Positions 32,297 through 40,636 of a DNA stretch of 64,000 bases are shown here, piece after piece. Numbering within the stretch: the stretch's first letter is position 1; each line of letters starts with the position of its first letter. The notes under the pieces were generated by a model, which searched no databases, had not been told where the DNA came from, and saw only the letters and a program-made list of their open reading frames with translations. Source of the DNA: an uncultured Bacteroidales bacterium. Its GTDB lineage: Bacteria; Bacteroidota; Bacteroidia; Bacteroidales; ML635J-15. The stretch lies in NCBI GenBank assembly GCA_937899245.1, contig CALDKB010000049.1, positions 133,101 to 197,100 of the forward strand, in the 5' to 3' direction. Both the position numbers and the translations under genes were made by a program.

Positions 32297-34759
32297 CTAT
32301 TTCAAGAACCCATATTCGTAAACCTTCGGCTCGATTTTCTTGGCGAGGGATTTCAGTGTTAGTCGCAGATTTGCATTTAGTTCGTTGTATTTTTCGTCGG
32401 TGCTAGTGCTGTTCATCTTGCCCTTGTCGTTGCGACCCTGGAAATATTCGCGGATGTCGTAGAGTGAAGCGTTGGGATTGGCATCGGGTTGTGAATGATA
32501 ATATTTCCATAATTCGCGACCGGCATCGAAAACCGCTTGCGCCTCAGCCGAAAATACCATCGGCTCGGTTGGAACGAACGACTCCGTTTCGCTTGCAAAT
32601 AACTCTGTGTTAGTGTCTTGCGCCTCACTTCTACACTTTCCACGCATAAAGTCGGTCATAAAGTGCGACTCGAATTTCTCCTTCGCTTCCACCTCGCTTT
32701 CGGTAAACGGAATCCAATGGTTAGTGCCGTATTTTGATTGAATATTATTGTTGAACAATGTCCAGCACAAACAATCAGAATGGAATTCATTGTCTGTTTT
32801 CCAACCATCATTGGGATATAAAAATTGGTCGCGGTCGTTAAGCCAAGTAGCAGAAAAACAATGGACAACAAAACTATATATTGCTATTTGACATAAGTTG
32901 CCTAATGCGACATAAGAACCTCGAGGATTTGTTACATTTGATTTGTCATTGATAATGTAGTTATATTTACTTTGCTGAAAATCACAGCCTCTAACTGTCA
33001 TATAACCAATGAATTTATCTTTCCTTCGCGATTCGATAATCCAATCAGTTATTGTTTTTAATCCATTAGTGTTAAATATTCTTTTTGTGCCTATTTTCGT
33101 CGAGTTATCATCGATTACATCACAAACAATTTCATTAAACGAATCGGATTGATTTAAATTCCATATGAAAAATCCGATTGGGAACGATCCCTTTACGTTA
33201 TCAAACGTATATGATGGAACAATAAATGATTTTTCTAATCTTGCAAGAAAAATCTCTCTAAACTCTTTGAAATTAGATGCTTGTAGAATTTTTAATTTAG
33301 AAAACTCAGCAAGTAAACAATTTGGAATTTCCTTGTAAATGCGAATAAAAAATTGAGCAAAAAGTTCTCGGCCAGCAATGCCAATTTGAGAAAGATACTT
33401 TTCATATGTTTTTTGAACTACTGCGACATCATTTTTATGCTCTCCAGTACCAGTTATTTTTTTTACATTACCTGCCTCCGCATACGGCGGATTAATGTAA
33501 ATCACTAATTTTCTTCGCTTTGTATCGTCAGCAATTATCTTTTGCAATTCGTCGGGAAGCTTCGAAAAAGCGTCGTTTAGAAAATCGAACTGAAACACGT
33601 GAGATTCAAGCAGATTGGCGCCATTCTTAATTCGTTCGTGCATAACGTCAACATCCTGCTGGTCGAGAGTCGATGCCCAAATGTTGTACTTGTTTGTCAG
33701 TCCATTTAGCAAATTTCCAGTTCCCGCACAGCAATCCCACACATAATAATCTTCCTGCCAGTTGTCGCCAAGAACGTCGGCAATGTATTGCTGCGACTTT
33801 TCTACCCAAATCTGCGGTGTGAAGAATGCCCCTTTTCTTTCGCGAACGTCCTGTGGTACAAGCAAATCCAAGCGTTCGGTTATGTAGTCCCAATCTTCTT
33901 TTTGTGGTGGTCGCTTGTAGCGCTTCCAGAAATCGGCATATTTTTCAAGCCCATTTTTGCGGAATCCAAATTCGTAGGCAACGTCAAAACCCATGGCGTC
34001 CTTGCGGTTCAGTCGGTATGGCTTGCGAGAATTTGCATTGAAGGTAACATAAAAATCATCATAAACCGATTTGTCATCGCTGATGTCGGCAGTTCCGTTG
34101 TCATCAACATTCAATTCGGCAATGAAAAAGTCACGGTCGTAGATGCTGTAGGTCTTTTTCAGCAGGTCCCAGTTGGTGTCGATGAAAGGCATTATTTCGC
34201 TACGCCACTTCTGATAAATGAAAATGAAGTTGTTTCTGTCGATTTGCGTTGAGAGGAGATTTGAGTTAATGTCGAGATTGAAGTTGTTTTTAATAAAACT
34301 CTGTAACTCAAATTTATGCGTATCGAAATAATACGTAAATATTTTGTTTTGATTAATGGAATTTCGTACAGTTTCTATGCTTTTTGCATCTACGGCCGAC
34401 GGAGTTTGCGTCCAGTTGAAATCGTTTACGTTGAAGACAGGCAGAACGTAATGATACTCGACGAAAGCTATTTTTTCGGTATCGAAGCAGCCGACGAATC
34501 GTGGCGGAATCATGTTTTTGGCATCCTGGCGAATAGTAATCAGCAGTTGTGCCAGCATTTTGTAGATATCGGTTGGTTGCTGCTTTGCTTCCGCCCAGAG
34601 CAAATATTCGTCATCGAATTGAATTTCAGACTGCTTACGCAGAATTTTAACGGCAAAATCTATACGTCCAATAATATTGGTGCAGTCGAATTTTGGAAAC
34701 CAGTCGGCAGCGACTTTCAGTTTCAGCGATTCCTCGCGGATGTTGGTATCGTAGGCCAT
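32297..34759 (-). CDS. Single-polypeptide type IIG-like restriction-modification enzyme: N-terminal PD-(D/E)xK-like region, gamma-class N6-adenine DNA methyltransferase, C-terminal putative recognition domain
   Basis: N-terminus GRIDFAV...x22...LLWAEAKQ (a D...ExK pattern). MTase motifs in gamma order: KGAFFTPQIW (X), VWDCCAGTGNLL (I), LVIYINPPYAEAG (IV). About 280 further aa have no recognised catalytic motif. No separate R or S gene is adjacent. Confidence 0.68.
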   Translation of the reverse strand: MAYDTNIREESLKLKVAADWFPKFDCTNIIGRIDFAVKILRKQSEIQFDDEYLLWAEAKQQPTDIYKMLAQLLITIRQDAKNMIPPRFVGCFDTEKIAFVEYHYVLPVFNVNDFNWTQTPSAVDAKSIETVRNSINQNKIFTYYFDTHKFELQSFIKNNFNLDINSNLLSTQIDRNNFIFIYQKWRSEIMPFIDTNWDLLKKTYSIYDRDFFIAELNVDDNGTADISDDKSVYDDFYVTFNANSRKPYRLNRKDAMGFDVAYEFGFRKNGLEKYADFWKRYKRPPQKEDWDYITERLDLLVPQDVRERKGAFFTPQIWVEKSQQYIADVLGDNWQEDYYVWDCCAGTGNLLNGLTNKYNIWASTLDQQDVDVMHERIKNGANLLESHVFQFDFLNDAFSKLPDELQKIIADDTKRRKLVIYINPPYAEAGNVKKITGTGEHKNDVAVVQKTYEKYLSQIGIAGRELFAQFFIRIYKEIPNCLLAEFSKLKILQASNFKEFREIFLARLEKSFIVPSYTFDNVKGSFPIGFFIWNLNQSDSFNEIVCDVIDDNSTKIGTKRIFNTNGLKTITDWIIESRRKDKFIGYMTVRGCDFQQSKYNYIINDKSNVTNPRGSYVALGNLCQIAIYSFVVHCFSATWLNDRDQFLYPNDGWKTDNEFHSDCLCWTLFNNNIQSKYGTNHWIPFTESEVEAKEKFESHFMTDFMRGKCRSEAQDTNTELFASETESFVPTEPMVFSAEAQAVFDAGRELWKYYHSQPDANPNASLYDIREYFQGRNDKGKMNSTSTDEKYNELNANLRLTLKSLAKKIEPKVYEYGFLK

Positions 34760-34807
34760 AGTCCGATGGTATTAGTTTCGCTATCAGACACTTGGCAACC
34801 GGAAATA

Positions 34808-35080
34808 AAAAAGGCGCGGCCTCTTCTACTCACATTCACGGGAAGCCTGAGAAGAAACCCGCTGCTCCCAATAGATTCAGCTCACGCCTATGCGCGAGCA
34901 TCAACAAATATTGAGTGCAATGCGGTCACTCAGACCACCGTTAGATTATTCCGATTCTCAAGAAATCGTTTCTCAGGCTTTTTCTTGAAATGCTTTTCGC
35001 CGGAGCGTCGAGCACGAATGTGAATAATAGCTAATGCGTTATTTTATAATATTTTACGTTCTAAACATTTTGTTTAAATG
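34808..35080 (-). ncRNA. Candidate structured 5' leader or small RNA upstream of the type IIG-like gene (class unknown)
   Basis: The region contains nested complementary segments, an inner hairpin that favours the minus strand, a weak terminator-like hairpin and a promoter box. Nested segments: 34830-34837 pairs with 35016-35023 (8 bp) and encloses 34843-34853 pairing with 34970-34980 (11 bp). The inner 8-bp hairpin at 34880-34899 has G-U on the minus strand but A-C on the plus strand. The terminator-like hairpin at 34807-34825 has a U6 tail only in the minus sense. A TACATTTG box lies at 35087-35094. The ends are approximate. Confidence 0.35.
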
Positions 35081-35086
35081 TTAATG

Positions 35087-35094
35087 CAAATGTA
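35087..35094 (-). promoter_or_regulatory. -7 promoter box TACATTTG (minus strand) upstream of the candidate leader RNA and type IIG-like gene
   Basis: Exact TAnnTTTG match on the minus strand, about 330 nt upstream of ATG 34759. Confidence 0.4.
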
Positions 35095-35159
35095 TATAAA
35101 AAATGATGGTTGGCAAAATCTCCCTTATGAAAAAGATACAGATTGTTATGAATAAGGAG

Positions 35160-35226
35160 ATTCCGGACAGTTGAGCATTACAACGCTCCCCGTGCCGTAT
35201 CGCGTGTATGCTCTAACTTCCGGAAT
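35160..35226. repeat. 67-nt imperfect inverted repeat (long hairpin) in the divergent intergenic region
   Basis: ATTCCGGA (35160-35167) pairs with TCCGGAAT (35219-35226), and GAGCAT (35173-35178) with ATGCTC (35208-35213). An inner ACGC/GCGT pair is also present. The interior is GC-rich. Confidence 0.5.
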
Positions 35227-35289
35227 GACGGTGCGCTGTGTTTTCTTGATTGTCTTAAAAACATTATTTTCAAACACGTAAAAAAGCAG

Positions 35290-35297
35290 TAATTTTG
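35290..35297 (+). promoter_or_regulatory. -7 promoter box TAATTTTG upstream of the DMT transporter gene
   Basis: Exact TAnnTTTG match 26 nt upstream of ATG 35323. Confidence 0.5.
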
Positions 35298-35322
35298 CAC
35301 CCGCATTTTTAAGCACAGCAAA

Positions 35323-36198
35323 ATGGCAAATAAAAAAGTATTTGGAACGATTTGTGGGATCTTGGCTGCAATTTTCTACGGCACAAATCCTCTTGGTGCT
35401 TTAAAACTATATGAGCAAGGCATGAACACTAATTCGGTGTTGTTCTTCCGTTTCGGCTTGGCGTGGTTGATTGTTGCCATAATTATGCTTTTCCGCAAGG
35501 AGAAAATTCGTGTCACCAAGCGCGAATTTGGTGTGCTTACAATGCTCGGACTGCTTTTTATTGCGTCATCATTAACACTTTACCTCAGTTTTCACTATAT
35601 GGCCGCAGGCGTGGCGTCGACAATACTTTTCACATACCCTATTATGACCGCCGTTATCATGGCTTTGTTTTTCAAGGAGAAAGCATCGTTCAGGACAATT
35701 CTTGCGATTGTAATTTCTCTTGCCGGTGTCGTCTTGCTTTATTGGAGTGATAACGGAGGAACACTCAGTACGTTAGGTGTAATTCTTGTTCTTGTTTCTG
35801 CACTTACATACGCACTTTATATTGTTGTCGTAAATCGGTTTCCTGTGGAGATGTCATCGTTCAAAATGAACTTTTACATTATCTTCTACTGTGCAATCGG
35901 GATGCTTCTGTTTGGACTTGTTTCGGGAAACGAACTGATAGTTCCGCAAAACGCAACAAGTTGGTTTTATGTTAGTTGGCTCGCTGTTGTTCCAGCAACA
36001 CTTTCGCTTGTTCTTATGGTTTATGCATCGAAATATGTAGGCGCAACGCCTACCGCAATACTTGGCGCATTGGAACCGATGACGGCAGTTTTGATTGGTA
36101 TTTTCGTTTTCAACGAGTCGTTCACCTTGCAGTTGGCGTTAGGTATCGTGCTGATATTGTCGGCGGTGATAATGATTTCCGTTGGAAAAAAGAAATAG
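35323..36198 (+). CDS. DMT-superfamily (EamA-like) transporter
   Basis: 291 aa with about ten hydrophobic segments arranged as two EamA-like halves. Confidence 0.85.
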   Translation: MANKKVFGTICGILAAIFYGTNPLGALKLYEQGMNTNSVLFFRFGLAWLIVAIIMLFRKEKIRVTKREFGVLTMLGLLFIASSLTLYLSFHYMAAGVASTILFTYPIMTAVIMALFFKEKASFRTILAIVISLAGVVLLYWSDNGGTLSTLGVILVLVSALTYALYIVVVNRFPVEMSSFKMNFYIIFYCAIGMLLFGLVSGNELIVPQNATSWFYVSWLAVVPATLSLVLMVYASKYVGATPTAILGALEPMTAVLIGIFVFNESFTLQLALGIVLILSAVIMISVGKKK

Positions 36199-36300
36199 AC
36201 GGCGGTACGGCTAACCCGCTAACCGGCTGACCAGCGTATTCCAATTAATATAATTTTGTTTTATACCCGACCCTTCGACTAACGCTCAGGGTGCGGAACC

Positions 36301-37554
36301 TTACCCGCCGAAATCGTCGAATGCAATCATCTCCGGAGGAACTCCATAAGAATCAAGCATCTTGGTTACGGCAGCTGTCATCATTGGCGGACCGCAGAGA
36401 TAATACTCTATTTCTTCTGGTTCCTGATGGTTCTTAAGGTAGTTGTCCTCGATAACCTTGTGGATGAAGCCAATATAACCATCCCAATTGTCTTCGGGCT
36501 TAGGTTCGGACAGAGCTATATTAAACGAGAAGTTCGGGTATTCTGCTTCTATTTGCTTAAAATCAGACTCATAGAATATTTCTCGTTTTGATCTAGCTCC
36601 ATACCAGAATGAAACTTTGCGTGAGGTCTTAAGTGTTTTGAACAGGTGGAAGATATGCGATCTCATTGGAGCCATGCCAGCGCCACCACCAATAAACATG
36701 ATTTCACGTTCAGTATCCTTTATGTGGAATTCTCCATAAGGACCCGAAATCATAACCTTGTCGCCCGGCTTGCGTGAGAACAAGAATGACGAGCAAACAC
36801 CTGGATTTACGTTCATGAAAGTACCGGCGCTCCTGTCCCACGGCGGAGTCGCAATACGAATATTTAGCATAACCATATTGCTCTCGGCTGGATGGTTGGC
36901 CATTGAATATGCGCGGAATGTTGGCTCCGGATTATTCATTTTCAACTTCCAGATTCCCAGAGTGTCCCAGTCTCCCTTGAACTCGTCGTCGACATCAATA
37001 TCTTTTGAATAATCGACAGAGACCTGCGGAACGTCTATCTGTATGTATGATCCAGACTTGAAGTTAAGCGTCTCTCCTTCAGGCAACTTAACAACAAATT
37101 CCTTAATGAATGTAGCAACATTGCGATTCGACACAACTTCGCATTCCATTTTCTTTATTCCCATTATGTCTTCGGGAATAACAAGCTTCATGTCGTTGCG
37201 GACTTTCACCTGACACGCAAGTCGCCAGAAATTTTGCTGCTCCTTTCGAGTGAAAAAGCCGGTTTCTGTCGGTAGAATACCATTCCCGCCCTCGACAACA
37301 CGGCATTTGCACATTCCGCAACTTCCGCCGCCACCGCAGGCCGAAGGAAGATGAATGTTATGCTCCTTTAGTGTTAGCATCAACGTGTTACCTGTGTCTA
37401 CCTCAAGTGTGTCTTTATTGTTGATAGTTATTTTAACTTTCGATTGTGGAGTCAATCTTTTCTTGGCGATAAGCAGAATTGCAACCAAGACAACCATAAC
37501 GGTTAGGAATACCGCAATGGCACTGAACAGTATAATTGATTGGAACAACAGCAT
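36301..37554 (-). CDS. nqrF: Na+-translocating NADH-quinone reductase subunit F
   Basis: N-terminal TM segment, a 2Fe-2S ferredoxin motif CGGGGSCGMCKC, an FAD-binding RAYSMAN motif and the NAD-binding GGGAGMAPMRSH. Confidence 0.95.
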   Translation of the reverse strand: MLLFQSIILFSAIAVFLTVMVVLVAILLIAKKRLTPQSKVKITINNKDTLEVDTGNTLMLTLKEHNIHLPSACGGGGSCGMCKCRVVEGGNGILPTETGFFTRKEQQNFWRLACQVKVRNDMKLVIPEDIMGIKKMECEVVSNRNVATFIKEFVVKLPEGETLNFKSGSYIQIDVPQVSVDYSKDIDVDDEFKGDWDTLGIWKLKMNNPEPTFRAYSMANHPAESNMVMLNIRIATPPWDRSAGTFMNVNPGVCSSFLFSRKPGDKVMISGPYGEFHIKDTEREIMFIGGGAGMAPMRSHIFHLFKTLKTSRKVSFWYGARSKREIFYESDFKQIEAEYPNFSFNIALSEPKPEDNWDGYIGFIHKVIEDNYLKNHQEPEEIEYYLCGPPMMTAAVTKMLDSYGVPPEMIAFDDFGG

Positions 37555-37558
37555 AATT

Positions 37559-38176
37559 CTAAAGTTTAATTCCCATAAATCCCATGAACGCCAACCCCAT
37601 AAGACCTACAATGATAAAAGCGATGCCAAGTCCGTCGAGAGACTTTGGAATCTTTGAATATTTTATTTTCTCACGAATTGCGGCGAGGCTAACGATAGCC
37701 AACAGCCAACCAATTCCCGAGCCGAAGCCGAATGTAGCCGCTTCGGCCACGTTGGCGTATGCACGTTCGGCCATAAACAGCGAACCGCCTAATATTGCGC
37801 AGTTTACAGCAATAAGCGGAAGGAAAATTCCAAGTGAATTATATAGCGACGGCGAGAATTTTTCAATTACCATTTCAACGACTTGTGTCATTGATGCGAC
37901 AACAGCAATAAAGACAATGAATGTAAGGAAAGAAAGGTCAACGTCAGCAAATTCCGGTGATATCCAAGACATTGCACCCCTACACAGCAAGTATTTCTCT
38001 AAAAGATAGTTTATGGGGACGGTGATCGTCAGCATGAAAGCCACAGCAACACCAAGTCCAAACGAAGTCTTAACGTTTTTAGACACAGCCAGATACGAGC
38101 ACATTCCAAGGAAATATGCAAATATCATATTGTCGATGAAGACAGACTTTACGAAAATGTTTACCAAGTTTTCCAT
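37559..38176 (-). CDS. nqrE: Na+-translocating NADH-quinone reductase subunit E
   Basis: 205-aa polytopic protein of the Rnf/Nqr A/E family ([11 protein letters not shown]...AVNCAILGG), in operon order between nqrD and nqrF. Confidence 0.92.
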   Translation of the reverse strand: MENLVNIFVKSVFIDNMIFAYFLGMCSYLAVSKNVKTSFGLGVAVAFMLTITVPINYLLEKYLLCRGAMSWISPEFADVDLSFLTFIVFIAVVASMTQVVEMVIEKFSPSLYNSLGIFLPLIAVNCAILGGSLFMAERAYANVAEAATFGFGSGIGWLLAIVSLAAIREKIKYSKIPKSLDGLGIAFIIVGLMGLAFMGFMGIKL

Positions 38177-38803
38177 TTATTTGCCCTCCTCATTTTTGTC
38201 CTGACGCGAACGTTGCAACCACACAATCAACCCGACAGCAATCAAGGCCATCGGAGGCATTATCATAAGTCCGTTGTTCATGTAGCCGGCATCGTAGAAC
38301 GCTTGCGGAATAACCGGATAATTCCATATTGTTCCGCTTCCGAGCAGTTCCCTGAAAAAGGCCACAACGACCAGAATTAGGCCGTATCCCATCCCGTTGG
38401 CCAATCCGTCGAGCAAACTGCGTTTTGGGCTGTTTGACATCGCAAAAGCCTCGAGACGCCCCATGACGATACAGTTTGTAATTATAAGTCCTACAAATAC
38501 TGATAATTGCTTGCTTATGTCAAAAACAAAAGCTTTTAAGAACTGGTCGACAACAATAACAAGAAATGCCACGACGACGAGCTGCACTATAATTCTTATT
38601 CTATTTGGAATCGTTTTGCGCATTAACGAAATGCAGACATTTGACAAAGCGACTACAAACGTAAGGCTCAACGCCATAACTACAGCGGACTGAAGTTTGA
38701 CTGTAACTGCCAATGCCGAACAAATACCAAGTACCTGAACGGTTATCGGATTGTTTTTTATTAGCGGATCTAAAAATATTCTTTCCTTATTGTTCTTCAC
38801 CAT
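38177..38803 (-). CDS. nqrD: Na+-translocating NADH-quinone reductase subunit D
   Basis: DPLIKNNPITVQVLGICSALAVT is the typical NqrD/RnfE N-terminus. ATG 38803 lies 4 nt after the nqrC stop and is preferred over the overlapping ATG 38827. Confidence 0.9.
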   Translation of the reverse strand: MVKNNKERIFLDPLIKNNPITVQVLGICSALAVTVKLQSAVVMALSLTFVVALSNVCISLMRKTIPNRIRIIVQLVVVAFLVIVVDQFLKAFVFDISKQLSVFVGLIITNCIVMGRLEAFAMSNSPKRSLLDGLANGMGYGLILVVVAFFRELLGSGTIWNYPVIPQAFYDAGYMNNGLMIMPPMALIAVGLIVWLQRSRQDKNEEGK

Positions 38804-38807
38804 AAGT

Positions 38808-39455
38808 CTATTTTCTTGATATTTCAATATATGGCAGATATTTCCTCAAGCAGTCCTCTATCATGGAGCTAACTGATGTCGACGTGATTGTTGCACCCGA
38901 AATCGCATCTACTTCGTTTTGGTTGGTAGCACCGTGCTTGTTTGTCTTGACAGAAACGAACCTGTCTTCGCTGTCGAAAATCCTCTTTCCTGAAAATTGC
39001 GACTGGAAGTGTTCGGTAGCTATTTCCGCACCTAATCCCGACGTTTCCGACTTGTGGTCGAAATACGCACCATATATTGTGTTAAAATCTTCATTCAGAG
39101 AAATGTAGCCCCAGATCGGACCCCACAAACCCTTGCCCTGAAGCGGGAATACATACTTTACGCCGTCATCGCTAGTAGCCACATAAAGGACATTTGTGCT
39201 TTCGCTGGCGTTTTCTTTCGTCATCCCTTTATCATCGACAAAAATTTCATCAACCATACCTTTGTATGTTTCTTCAACCTTGTCGGTTTCAACATTGATT
39301 TTTAGTGCCGATAAAATATTCCTTTTCTGCTCTATTTCAAAGTTCTTGTCCTGCCTTGGCTGAAGTAGTATTGCAACTAAGCTAAGAGCTCCGCCGACAA
39401 TGACGACAAGAACGATTGAATAAATGAATATGTAAGAACTTTTATTTTTGTCCAT
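38808..39455 (-). CDS. nqrC: Na+-translocating NADH-quinone reductase subunit C
   Basis: Single N-terminal TM segment and an FMN-binding domain with DAISGATITS (flavinylation Thr motif SGAT). Confidence 0.92.
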   Translation of the reverse strand: MDKNKSSYIFIYSIVLVVIVGGALSLVAILLQPRQDKNFEIEQKRNILSALKINVETDKVEETYKGMVDEIFVDDKGMTKENASESTNVLYVATSDDGVKYVFPLQGKGLWGPIWGYISLNEDFNTIYGAYFDHKSETSGLGAEIATEHFQSQFSGKRIFDSEDRFVSVKTNKHGATNQNEVDAISGATITSTSVSSMIEDCLRKYLPYIEISRK

Positions 39456-40626
39456 GAGTTTTCCTCCTCCTCCTTGACCTTGTGCGGTTCAAACGATGTC
39501 TTATGTTGCACCTTACAACGCAATAGTCGATAAGCGGCGCAAAGATGTTCATCAGCAAAATGGCAAGCATCATCCCTTCCGGATATGCAGGATTTAATAT
39601 TCTGATTATCATAGCCATTGCGCCTATTAGCAATCCGTATATATATTTACCCTTTTCGGTTTGTGCGGCCGTTACCGGATCGGTGGCCATAAATACGGCG
39701 CCAAAGGCGAAGCCGCCAAGACAAAGATGCCAGTACCAGTCTATTGGCGTATGAGTACTAAGGGCGAAAGCCATTGCACCACCACCCGCAAACACCGACA
39801 GCATTATCTTCCAGCTTGCTATTCCTGTGAACAATAAAACAAACGCACCAATTGCAATGGCAATTAGCGAAGTTTCTCCTACCGACCCAGGAATAAGTCC
39901 TATTGTTAAATCCATTATTGAAACTGGCTCGCCAAAACCATTGACAATCTGAGTACATCCTTCTCCTATTTGTCCTAATGGGGTCGCGCCAGAGAAACCG
40001 TCGACAGCCTGTCCGTCTGTCATGCCTGCAATCCAAACTTTGTCACCCGACATTTTTGACGGATACGAAAAGAACAGAAAAGCACGTGCGAGCAATGCGG
40101 GGTTAACAATGTTCATTCCTGTGCCGCCGAACAATTCCTTGCCTACAAGAACTGCAAATGCAGTGGCAATGGCAATCATCCATAGCGGTGTATCTACAGG
40201 TACAATCATCGGAATGAGCATTCCGGTTGCGAGATAACCTTCATTAACCTTGTGATGCCTTGCCTGGGCGAAAGCAAATTCGATTGCCAGACCGACCAAG
40301 TATGATACCAGAAGCATCCAGAACACCTTGACAAATCCGTACCAGAATATAGTCCAGAAACTGGTCTGGCACAAAAGTCCCGTTGACATAAAATGTTGGT
40401 ATCCCACATTATACATGCCAAAAAGTAAACTGGGGATTAAAGCAAACACAACGACAATCATTGTGCGCTTCATATCTATTGCATCGCGAATGTGTGAGCC
40501 GTTTTCGGTAACATCGTTAGGCACAAAGAAAAAAGTCTCAAAGGCCTCGAATGTCGATGTCATAAACGGAAACCTGCCAAGCACCTTCGGTTTAATCTTA
40601 TCTATTTGTTTTCGTAGTGGGTTCAT
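39442..40626 (-). CDS. nqrB: Na+-translocating NADH-quinone reductase subunit B
   Basis: 394-aa polytopic protein with DGFSGATPL (FMN attachment motif) and an NqrB/RnfD-like core. Confidence 0.93.
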   Translation of the reverse strand: MNPLRKQIDKIKPKVLGRFPFMTSTFEAFETFFFVPNDVTENGSHIRDAIDMKRTMIVVVFALIPSLLFGMYNVGYQHFMSTGLLCQTSFWTIFWYGFVKVFWMLLVSYLVGLAIEFAFAQARHHKVNEGYLATGMLIPMIVPVDTPLWMIAIATAFAVLVGKELFGGTGMNIVNPALLARAFLFFSYPSKMSGDKVWIAGMTDGQAVDGFSGATPLGQIGEGCTQIVNGFGEPVSIMDLTIGLIPGSVGETSLIAIAIGAFVLLFTGIASWKIMLSVFAGGGAMAFALSTHTPIDWYWHLCLGGFAFGAVFMATDPVTAAQTEKGKYIYGLLIGAMAMIIRILNPAYPEGMMLAILLMNIFAPLIDYCVVRCNIRHRLNRTRSRRRRKTHGQK

Positions 40627-40636
40627 AGCAAGCGTT

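Noticed and set aside
34316-35023. 235-aa plus-strand ORF overlapping the 5' end of the type IIG-like gene and the upstream non-coding region
   Set aside because: It is antisense to a well-supported CDS for half its length. The remainder has no recognisable domain and no promoter box or sensible start context. The region is better explained by RNA structure.
34790-35030. Possibility that the structured region is RNase P RNA, tmRNA, SRP RNA or a SAM riboswitch
   Set aside because: I looked for hallmark strings on both strands: GAGGAAAGTCC for RNase P, the GGGGCTGA 5' end and tRNA-like 3' end for tmRNA, GGAAGCAGCC-type SRP motifs, and SAM-I core sequences. None was found, so the class is left as unknown.
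35177-35263. 28-codon basic minus-strand mini-ORF (MFLRQSRKHSAPSFRKLEHTRDTARGAL) as a possible controller peptide for the restriction-modification gene
   Set aside because: It has no HTH potential at that length and no promoter box, and it overlaps the long hairpin. It is most likely fortuitous.
36199-36300. GC-rich spacer after the DMT transporter and nqrF with ACCCT/AGGGT pairing
   Set aside because: It has only a 5-bp stem and no U-tract on either strand. This is insufficient to call a terminator or RNA element.
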